32,000 nucleotides of DNA from Luteitalea sp. (GTDB lineage: Bacteria > Acidobacteriota > Vicinamibacteria > Vicinamibacterales > Vicinamibacteraceae). The notes under the pieces were generated by a model. That model worked only from the letters and a program-made list of their open reading frames with translations. It did not search any database and was not told the DNA's origin. Made by a program: the position numbers and the translations under genes. Location: NCBI GenBank assembly GCA_046593715.1, contig JBKJQW010000052.1, positions 28,595 to 60,594 on the forward strand, written 5' to 3'. Position 1 is the first letter of the stretch, and each line of letters opens with the position of its first letter. Below, one piece after another: positions 17,904 through 24,730 of the stretch.

Positions 17904-17938
17904 GGGAAGGGACAGTCCGAAGGTTCGAGGAGCGCCGG

Positions 17939-18196
17939 TCAGGCGTGGACGAAGTTCGGCGAGGGACCTGACGGCGGTGGCTCGGAGTAGCGTCGGACGA
18001 TGTCCTCCATCCGATCCTTGAGTTGCAGCTTCCGTTTCTTGAGGCGAATCTCCTCGAGCTGTTCACCCTCGGAGAGATGGGTGCTGGCCGACATGGATTG
18101 AAGCTGCTGGTCGAGCTCGTGGTGCAACTGGAAGAGCTCGTGGTACTCCGCGTCGGTCTGGAGCAGTTGCTCCTTCACATCCTGCGAATCGGGCAT
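17939..18196 (-). CDS. DUF465 (YdcH-like) small coiled-coil protein (85 aa)
   Basis: I trimmed ORF 17939..18280 to ATG 18196 (MPDSQDVKEQLLQTDAEYHELFQLHHELDQQLQ...EEIRLKKRKLQLKDRMEDIV), which has a DUF465-like pattern. A strong Shine-Dalgarno AAGGAGG sits 6 nt upstream, the clearest SD in the window. Confidence 0.8.
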   Translation of the reverse strand: MPDSQDVKEQLLQTDAEYHELFQLHHELDQQLQSMSASTHLSEGEQLEEIRLKKRKLQLKDRMEDIVRRYSEPPPSGPSPNFVHA

Positions 18197-18251
18197 TGCT
18201 GCCTCCTTGCTTGCGGGGGAACCGGTCAGGGTCACCCCCGGGTTCAGGGGC

Positions 18252-18280
18252 ACTGTACCACCCTCGCTCGGGCCTCGCAA
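18252..18280 (-). promoter_or_regulatory. Sigma70-like promoter for the DUF465 gene: -35 TTGCGA, 17-nt spacer, -10 TACAGT
   Basis: On the minus strand, TTGCGA is at 18280->18275, the spacer is 18274->18258 (17 nt), and TACAGT is at 18257->18252. The predicted leader is about 49 nt. It contains a bulged hairpin GGGGGTGACC-CTGACC-GGTTCCCCC and the AAGGAGG SD. Confidence 0.45.
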
Positions 18281-18322
18281 CGGGACAAGGGGCGCGCCGC
18301 TGGCGCATGGCCGGCCTGGGCC

Positions 18323-18796
18323 TCAGGGGCGCGCGGACAGGGCTGCGGCGGGCCGCCACTGCATCAGAATCGCGTCCTCGCGCGGCGCCTGGAAGTAGTC
18401 ACGGCGACGCCCCCGCTCGACAAATCCCTGACGGGCGTACAGGTGCCGCGCCGCGACGTTGGAGGCGCGCACCTCGAGGTACAGTCCGTGCGGGCAGGCG
18501 TCAGCGCTTGCTGACAGAATCTCCCGCAGCAACGCCGCGCCGATGCCGTGACGCCGCGTCGCGGGCAGCACCGCGATGCGCAGCAGCTCACCCTCCCCCG
18601 CCACCAGCCGGACGAGTGCGCCGCCCACCAGCGTGCCATCGGCCGCCCGTACCAGCCAGGCGCGCGTCAGGCCGTCGTCGAGCAACGCACGCAGCGCCGA
18701 CGCCGACCACGGCACGTCGAAGCAGTCGGCCTCGAGCAGCGCAAGGGCATGGGCCGCGTCAGCCCCGCCCTGGCTGATCTCCGGTGGCGCGGTCAC
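18323..18796 (-). CDS. rimI: Ribosomal-protein-alanine N-acetyltransferase (GNAT), 157 aa
   Basis: The GNAT acetyl-CoA motif LPATRRHGIGAALL is present, along with LEVRASNVAARHLYARQGF. The GTG start at 18796 overlaps the tsaB stop as GTGA. The tsaB-rimI order is the classical one. Confidence 0.88.
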   Translation of the reverse strand: MTAPPEISQGGADAAHALALLEADCFDVPWSASALRALLDDGLTRAWLVRAADGTLVGGALVRLVAGEGELLRIAVLPATRRHGIGAALLREILSASADACPHGLYLEVRASNVAARHLYARQGFVERGRRRDYFQAPREDAILMQWRPAAALSARP

Positions 18797-19518
18797 CCGT
18801 CTCCCGACACCGGCAGCCCGGCCTGCAACCGCGTCAGCACTGCGTCAGGGCGGCGCACATAGGCGGGCCGGATGGCGGCCGGGGCGATCGCCTCCGCGCT
18901 CCGGATGCCGGCCTGCAGCGCCAGCACCTCGGCGAGCACCGGCACGACGACCGGATCCAGCGCCGCGCCGAAGCGTGCCCGCAGTGGCTCGCCCGAGCCC
19001 GGCCACGCGTCGCCGACGACGACAATCGGGCCGTCGGGTGCGGCATCACGCCAGGCGTCGGCGGCCTCATCGGGCGTACCCACGAGTGGATCGAGGACAG
19101 CGACGAGGCCCTGGGGCGCCGCCGCCGCGAGATAGAGCGCGGTGAAGACCTCACCCCGCATGCCCTGCATCCAGGTGCCGATCCACCGCGCCTCGGGGCG
19201 GGCGGTGCGGCCGGCCACGCCCAGCAACTCCAAGGTCGAGGCCAGGTACACGCGGCGATCGAGGGACATGGCCAGTCCCTGCATCGTGGCCAGGCCCACG
19301 CGCAGTCCCGTGAAGCCGCCCGGGCCCGCCGCGGCGGCGAACAGGTCCACGTCGGCCAGCACATAGCCGTGCGCCGCCAGCAGCGCGACCAGGTCGCCCG
19401 GCAGACGGATGGCCTGCCTGACCGTCGGATCGCCGAGGCGTGATTCGAGGATCCGACCATCGAGGGCCAGGGCCAGACTGCCGGTGCGCGTCGAGGAGTC
19501 GAGGGCGAGAACGAGCAT
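18793..19518 (-). CDS. tsaB: tRNA t6A37 threonylcarbamoyl-transfer protein TsaB (241 aa)
   Basis: MLVLALDSSTRTGSLALA..., GPGGFTGLRVGLATMQGLA. This is a YeaZ/TsaB signature. Confidence 0.9.
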   Translation of the reverse strand: MLVLALDSSTRTGSLALALDGRILESRLGDPTVRQAIRLPGDLVALLAAHGYVLADVDLFAAAAGPGGFTGLRVGLATMQGLAMSLDRRVYLASTLELLGVAGRTARPEARWIGTWMQGMRGEVFTALYLAAAAPQGLVAVLDPLVGTPDEAADAWRDAAPDGPIVVVGDAWPGSGEPLRARFGAALDPVVVPVLAEVLALQAGIRSAEAIAPAAIRPAYVRRPDAVLTRLQAGLPVSGDG

Positions 19519-19523
19519 GCTAG

Positions 19524-19536
19524 ACTGGCCGCCAGT
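19524..19536. promoter_or_regulatory. 13-bp perfect palindrome ACTGGC-C-GCCAGT in the tsaB/mutS divergent region
   Basis: I read this directly from the sequence. It lies 6 nt upstream of the tsaB ATG (19518), inside the predicted tsaB leader. It could be an operator or an RNA hairpin. Confidence 0.25.
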
Positions 19537-19551
19537 TGCACGGCCCCGGTC

Positions 19552-19557
19552 ATTCTA
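19552..19557 (-). promoter_or_regulatory. Candidate -10 box TAGAAT for tsaB-rimI
   Basis: The plus strand reads ATTCTA at 19552-19557, which is TAGAAT on the minus strand, 33 nt upstream of the tsaB ATG. No good -35 is present. Confidence 0.35.
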
Positions 19558-19607
19558 CCGGTCGCGCCGCCCGCCGTTGCGCGCCGTGTCCCCCCCTGCT
19601 GCCTCCG

Positions 19608-22256
19608 GTGTCTGACTCCATCCTGACTGCGCCACCCGCCTCGCTGACTCCGGCGATGCGTCAATTCCAGGACGCCAAGCGGCAGCACCCCGACGCCCTC
19701 CTGTTCTTCCGGATGGGCGATTTCTACGAGTTGTTTCACGAGGACGCGGTGGTCGCGGCGCGTGCCCTCGAACTCACCCTGACCTCACGTGCCAAGGACG
19801 CCTCCGGCAGCGGGATTCCGATGTGCGGTGTGCCGTTCCACGCGGCCGACGGCTACATCACCCGCCTGATCCGCCAGGGCTTCAGCGTCGCGATCTGCGA
19901 TCAGGTGGAGGATCCCAAGACCGCCAAGGGTCTGGTCAAGCGCGCGGTCACGCGAGTGGTGACCCCTGGCACGCTGATCGACGCCGCGTATCTGGACGCG
20001 CGCGCCCCGGCCCTGCTGGCAGCCGTGCTGCCGCCTCCCCGTGCTGGTGCGACGTGGGGGTTGGCCTGGATCGAACTGTCGACCGGCGACTTTGCCGCGA
20101 CCGAGTTCGATGGCGACACGGCGGCCCAGCTGCTCCGTGAAGAGCTCGGGATCCTGTCGCCTCGGGAACTGTTGCTGCCCGATGACCTGGACCTCGACGT
20201 GGTGCGCTCGGACGGCTTCGAGCTGCCCGCCGTGACCCGGCGCGAGCGCTGGCAGTTCTCCCTCGACGCGGCGCAGCGCGCGTTGACCGAGCAGCTGCAG
20301 ACCACGGGGCTCTCGGGCTTCGGACTCGACGGGCATCCGTGTGCCGTCGGGGCGGCGGGGGCGCTGGTGCAGTACCTGCGCGACACGCAGAAGGGCGACC
20401 TCACGCACGTCCGCAGCGTGGCGTACCGCGAGACCCGGGATGGCCTGATCATCGACGCCACCACCCTTCGCCATCTGGAGGTGCTCGCTTCCACCGAGGG
20501 CGACCGTCAGACATCGCTGCTCGGGGTGCTCGATGAGACCGTGACGGCAATGGGCGCGCGGCTGCTGCGGGCCTGGCTGACCAAGCCGCTGATTGCCCTG
20601 GACGCCATCCGCGACCGCCTCGATGCCGTCGAGGACCTGGCCTTCCGATCGCTGGAGCGGGGCCAGCTGCGAGAGACCCTGAAGCAGGTCTACGACGTCC
20701 AGCGCCTGGTGGCCAGAGCCGCGCTCGGCACGGCCGGGCCGCGCGATCTCGTCGCGCTCGCGCGGTCGCTCGCGGCGGTGCCGCACCTGCGGGCCTCGTT
20801 GGGCGCATTACAGGCCCCGTTGCTGGCACAGCTGGTCATCGGCCTGGACGACCTGCCGGACCTGCGCACGCGGATTGACAGCACCCTTGCCGACGACCCG
20901 CCACTGCTGGCGCGCGACGGCGATGTCGTCCGCGACGGCGCCGACCCCGAGGTCGACCGCCTCCGCAGCCTGAGCCGCAGCGGCAAGAGCGACATCTCGG
21001 CGATGGAGGAGGCCGAGCGCCAGCGCACCGGGATCGCCTCGCTGAAGATCCGCTTCAACCGCGTCTTCGGCTACTACATCGAGATCTCGAAGTCGAACCT
21101 GCATGCGGTGCCCGACGACTACATCCGGAAGCAGACCATTGCCGGCGGTGAGCGCTTCGTCACACCCGGCCTGAAGACCCACGAGCAGCAGGTGCTGCAC
21201 GCCAACGAGCACCTGGTGACCCTGGAGCAGGCTATTTTCGAGGCCGTGCGGCAGGAAGTCTCGTCGCAGGCCGTCGCCCTGCAGCGGACGGCGCACTCAC
21301 TGGCGATCCTGGACGTGCTGGCCACATTTGCCGACGCAGCGGCGCGCCGCAACTACAGCAAGCCACACCTGCACGAGGGCGAGGACCTCGCGGTCGTCGA
21401 GGGCCGTCATCCGGTGGTCGAGACGATGACCCGTGAGGCCTTCGTGCCCAACGATCTCTCGCTGGATGGCACCAGCCAGCAACTGCTGGTGATCACCGGC
21501 CCGAACATGGGTGGCAAGAGCACCTACCTGCGGCAGACCGCGCTGCTCTGCCTGATGGCGCAGGCCGGCTCGTTCGTGCCGGCGCGGCAGGCCAAGCTGC
21601 CGGTCGTCGATCGCATCTACGCGCGCGTCGGTGCGGCCGACAACATCGCGCGTGGGCAGTCGACGTTCATGGTGGAGATGCAGGAGACCGCGAGCATCCT
21701 GAACACGGCCACGTCACGCAGCCTGGTGGTGCTCGACGAAATCGGCCGCGGCACGTCCACCTTCGACGGCCTCAGCATCGCGTGGGCGGTGGCCGAGCAT
21801 CTGGCCACCAATCCCAAGGCCCGTCCGAAGACGCTGTTTGCGACCCACTACCACGAACTCACCGACCTGGCCGACGCCTTGCCGGGCGTGGCCAATGCGC
21901 ACCTGCTGGTGCGCGAATGGCAGGACCAGATCATCTTCCTGCGCAAGGTGGTGCCGGGCCGGTCTGATCGCAGTTACGGCATCCAGGTCGCGCGCCTGGC
22001 CGGATTGCCGGCCAGCGTGATCCGCCGCGCCCGGGAGATCCTGACCGGGCTCGAACAGGACGAACTCGCGCGCGGTGGACGGCCGACGATCACCGGGGCC
22101 GCGACCCGGCAGGGGCCGCAGCAGCAGCTCGGCCTCTTCCAGGCGCCTCCCGACGAACGCCTGCGGGCGCGGCTGCGCGACATCGTGGTCGATCAACTGA
22201 CGCCGCTACAAGCGCTGACCGTCCTGGCCGCCCTCAAGGACGAGGCCGAAGAGTGA
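19608..22256 (+). CDS. mutS: DNA mismatch repair protein MutS (882 aa from GTG 19608)
   Basis: Supporting motifs are LTPAMRQFQDAKRQHPDALLFFRMGDFYELF (mismatch-binding F-x-E), Walker A GPNMGGKST, DEIGRGTST, and the C-terminal clamp motif QLGLF (nt 22125-22139). The track's start at 19536 is a TTG and would overlap the tsaB promoter/palindrome. GTG 19608 leaves 14 aa before the conserved TP(A/M)MxQ(F/Y), similar to E. coli. The start therefore remains uncertain (19536, 19608 or ATG 19656). Confidence 0.93.
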   Translation: MSDSILTAPPASLTPAMRQFQDAKRQHPDALLFFRMGDFYELFHEDAVVAARALELTLTSRAKDASGSGIPMCGVPFHAADGYITRLIRQGFSVAICDQVEDPKTAKGLVKRAVTRVVTPGTLIDAAYLDARAPALLAAVLPPPRAGATWGLAWIELSTGDFAATEFDGDTAAQLLREELGILSPRELLLPDDLDLDVVRSDGFELPAVTRRERWQFSLDAAQRALTEQLQTTGLSGFGLDGHPCAVGAAGALVQYLRDTQKGDLTHVRSVAYRETRDGLIIDATTLRHLEVLASTEGDRQTSLLGVLDETVTAMGARLLRAWLTKPLIALDAIRDRLDAVEDLAFRSLERGQLRETLKQVYDVQRLVARAALGTAGPRDLVALARSLAAVPHLRASLGALQAPLLAQLVIGLDDLPDLRTRIDSTLADDPPLLARDGDVVRDGADPEVDRLRSLSRSGKSDISAMEEAERQRTGIASLKIRFNRVFGYYIEISKSNLHAVPDDYIRKQTIAGGERFVTPGLKTHEQQVLHANEHLVTLEQAIFEAVRQEVSSQAVALQRTAHSLAILDVLATFADAAARRNYSKPHLHEGEDLAVVEGRHPVVETMTREAFVPNDLSLDGTSQQLLVITGPNMGGKSTYLRQTALLCLMAQAGSFVPARQAKLPVVDRIYARVGAADNIARGQSTFMVEMQETASILNTATSRSLVVLDEIGRGTSTFDGLSIAWAVAEHLATNPKARPKTLFATHYHELTDLADALPGVANAHLLVREWQDQIIFLRKVVPGRSDRSYGIQVARLAGLPASVIRRAREILTGLEQDELARGGRPTITGAATRQGPQQQLGLFQAPPDERLRARLRDIVVDQLTPLQALTVLAALKDEAEE

Positions 22257-23809
22257 GACGGGGGCCGCGGCACGCCGCGGCGCGTGCCCGCGCGTGGGGT
22301 TGGCCGCTGCTGCTGGCGCTCGGGCTGTGTGTCGGCGCCTGTCGGGAGCGCAGCGCGCAGCACGACCCGGCACTGATCGTCGGCATCGCCGTGGCGCCGA
22401 CCAACCTCGACCCTCGCATCGGCAGCGACGAGGCCAGTCAGCGGGTTCATCAGCTGATTCACGCCTCCCTGGTCCGCCTGGATGATCAACTGCAGGTGGT
22501 GCCGGAGGTGGCCGAGCGACTCGAAACCCGCGACCCCACCACCCTGGTCGTTCATCTGCGCCGTGACGTCCGCTTCCACGATGGGTCGAGCCTTGACGCG
22601 GAAGACGTGGCCTACACGTTTCGCAGCTTCCTCGACCCGTCGTTCGTGTCGCCGCGCAAGGGTGCCTACGCGCAGCTGGCCGGCGTGGACATCGTCGATC
22701 CGCACACGGTGGTCTTCCGGCTGAAGGAGCCGTTTGCCTCCTTCCCGGTCAACCTGGTGATGGGCATCGTGCCCGCCGGCACCCCGGCCGGGGCTCCCGC
22801 GCGAATCGGCGCCGGACCGTACCGATTCGTCCGGATGCAGGCCGACGATCGCATCGAACTCGCGCCGCACGCCGCCTATTTCGACGGTCCGCCGCGCAAC
22901 GCCGGAGTGACGCTGCGCGTGATTCCCGACGACACCATGCGCGGCCTGGAGCTGCGCACCGGCGCCATCGATCTCATCGTCAACGACATCGCGCCAGACA
23001 TCGTCCGGACCCTGCAGCAGGAGAACCACATGCAGGTAGTGACCGCGCCCGGTCTGGACTACGCGTACGTCGGGCTCAACCTCCGCGACCCGATCCTGGC
23101 CGACGCGCGCGTGCGGCGGGCGCTCGGGCTGGCGATCAACAGCGCCGCGATCATCGAGCATCTGCGCCGCGGGCTCGCCATCCCTGCCACCAGCATCGTG
23201 CCCGCGATGTCGTGGGCGCACGCGGCGGACCTGCAGGCCGTGCCGTACGACCCCGCCGCGGCCGCACGGCTGCTCGACGAGGCGGGCCATGCCGATCCCG
23301 ATGGCGCCGGGCCTGCGCCACGGTTCCGTCTCACCCTGAAGACGTCGACGGCGGAGTTCGTGCGCCTGCAGGCCGCCGTCATCCAGCAGGACCTGGCGCG
23401 GGTCGGCGTGGCCGTCGAGATCCGGACGCACGAGTTCGCCACGCTCTACAGCGACGTGCTCAAGGGGCGTTTCCAGCTGTTCACGTTGCAATGGGTGGGC
23501 GTGACCGACCCGGACATGCTGCGGCGGGTCTTTCATTCATCGCAGATGCCGCCGGCCGGCTTCAACCGCGGCTTCTTCAATGACCCGGACGTCGACGCGC
23601 TGATCGATCGCGCGACCACCGCCGCTGAGGACAGCGAGCGGCGGGCGCTGTATGTGGAGGTGCAGCGGCGCGTGTTCGCGGCCGCGCCGTATGTGGGCCT
23701 GTGGACCAAGGTCAACGTGGCCGTGGCCCAGCCGTGGGTGACCGGCGTGCACCTGACGCCTCAGGCCAGCTTCGCGGCGTTGCGACTCGTGTCAAAGACC
23801 ACGCGGTAG
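22253..23809 (+). CDS. ABC-transporter family-5 (peptide/nickel, DppA/OppA-like) solute-binding lipoprotein (518 aa), no cognate permease/ATPase genes nearby
   Basis: The GTG start overlaps the mutS TGA as GTGA. There is a signal peptide with a lipobox (LLLALGLCVGAC). Family-5 pattern is present: APTNLDPRIG, LVRLDDQLQVVPEVAERLE, LRRDVRFHDGSSLDAEDVAYTF, GAGPYRFV. Confidence 0.85.
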   Translation: MRRGPRHAAARARAWGWPLLLALGLCVGACRERSAQHDPALIVGIAVAPTNLDPRIGSDEASQRVHQLIHASLVRLDDQLQVVPEVAERLETRDPTTLVVHLRRDVRFHDGSSLDAEDVAYTFRSFLDPSFVSPRKGAYAQLAGVDIVDPHTVVFRLKEPFASFPVNLVMGIVPAGTPAGAPARIGAGPYRFVRMQADDRIELAPHAAYFDGPPRNAGVTLRVIPDDTMRGLELRTGAIDLIVNDIAPDIVRTLQQENHMQVVTAPGLDYAYVGLNLRDPILADARVRRALGLAINSAAIIEHLRRGLAIPATSIVPAMSWAHAADLQAVPYDPAAAARLLDEAGHADPDGAGPAPRFRLTLKTSTAEFVRLQAAVIQQDLARVGVAVEIRTHEFATLYSDVLKGRFQLFTLQWVGVTDPDMLRRVFHSSQMPPAGFNRGFFNDPDVDALIDRATTAAEDSERRALYVEVQRRVFAAAPYVGLWTKVNVAVAQPWVTGVHLTPQASFAALRLVSKTTR

Positions 23810-24628
23810 CGCGTCGGCAAGGAGCTGGACGACGACCGCCGGCGACTCGGCGTGAAGCCAGTGGCCGCCTTCACGATGTTCGAGGCGCACGCGGGCGCCC
23901 TCCGCAGGCGGGTGTGCCTGCAGTTGCGAGAGTCGTGTCACCGCGGCTGCCGAGATGACGTTGGACCGCGTCGCCTTCAACACGTGGATGACGTGACCGG
24001 GCGCACCCGGATCGAGCACCGGCCACAGCGAGGTCTGGAAGAAGTCGCGCAGCAGGTGTTCCATCACTGCGAAGTCGAGCCGCCAGCGAAAGAGGTCGGC
24101 ATCGCGCTCCAGGTTGGTGGCCATCCATTGCGCCACCTCCGTGCTGAGGCCCCCGGCCTCCAGGCCGGCAACCGCCGCCTGCCGCGATGGGAACGTCTGC
24201 GGCAGCGCCCTGACGATCCCGAGCATCTCCCAGGCGCTGCCCGACGGCTCCTTGGCCTCCGGCGTCGAGTCGATGACCCACGTGTCCAGCGGCCGGCCGG
24301 CCTGGCGTGCGGCATAGGCCAGGGCGACCTTGCCGCCAAACGAATGCCCGAGTACGGCGTCGGGCTGCACCCCGTTGTCCTGGCCCCACCCCTCGACGTC
24401 CTGTGCCAACGCGTCGAGCGTGCCGGCCTCGGCCGCCGGGTGTGCGTCGCCGTGGTGCCGTACATCGGCGAGCCAGCAGCACCAGTCGGGCCGCCGCTGC
24501 ACCAGAAGCCGGGCCACCGCCAGCCAGTTGCGGCCGCGCCCGAAGATGCCATGCAACATCAGCAGCTGCCTGGTCCCGGCCGAGTCTGCGCCCACACGCG
24601 TGGCGACCATCGGAGAGCTCGCACTCAT
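23792..24628 (-). CDS. Alpha/beta-fold hydrolase, YbfF/ABHD11-like esterase (278 aa)
   Basis: LLMLHGIFGRGRNW, the nucleophile elbow GHSFGGK, and a C-terminal GGHWLHAESP (catalytic His) are present. The overall spacing matches my recollection of E. coli YbfF. Confidence 0.85.
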   Translation of the reverse strand: MSASSPMVATRVGADSAGTRQLLMLHGIFGRGRNWLAVARLLVQRRPDWCCWLADVRHHGDAHPAAEAGTLDALAQDVEGWGQDNGVQPDAVLGHSFGGKVALAYAARQAGRPLDTWVIDSTPEAKEPSGSAWEMLGIVRALPQTFPSRQAAVAGLEAGGLSTEVAQWMATNLERDADLFRWRLDFAVMEHLLRDFFQTSLWPVLDPGAPGHVIHVLKATRSNVISAAAVTRLSQLQAHPPAEGARVRLEHREGGHWLHAESPAVVVQLLADALPRGL

Positions 24629-24635
24629 CGCTCAC

Positions 24636-24641
24636 ACGGTA
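24636..24641 (-). promoter_or_regulatory. Candidate TANNNT -10 box (TACCGT) 7 nt upstream of the hydrolase ATG, giving a leaderless-type geometry
   Basis: The plus strand reads ACGGTA at 24636-24641, which is TACCGT on the minus strand. The ATG is at 24628 after a 7-nt gap. This is a low-information motif. Confidence 0.25.
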
Positions 24642-24730
24642 TCCTTGAACGTGGGCTCAGGTCACTCCTCGCTCCCCTCGCTCGCGCCCATCGACGGCCG
24701 CACGAGCCGGACGCCGCCGCTGGCACCGCC

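Noticed and set aside
17922-17930. GGTTCGAGG, a T-loop-like motif hinting at a tRNA or tRNA-like element.
   Set aside because: The flanking bases cannot form a T-stem, and no acceptor, D or anticodon arms can be drawn. It is not a tRNA.
19536-19607. The ORF-track start of mutS at 19536.
   Set aside because: That codon is TTG. It lies inside the palindrome and upstream of the candidate tsaB -10 box. GTG 19608 gives an N-terminus of the usual length before the conserved TPAMRQF. I keep it as an alternative.
22193-23536. A 447-aa minus-strand ORF antisense to the SBP gene. The 492-aa ORF 26709..28187 antisense to the MATE gene is the same type.
   Set aside because: Both are in the GC3 shadow phase of well-supported genes, and their translations are low-complexity Arg/Asp/Gly/His-rich sequence.
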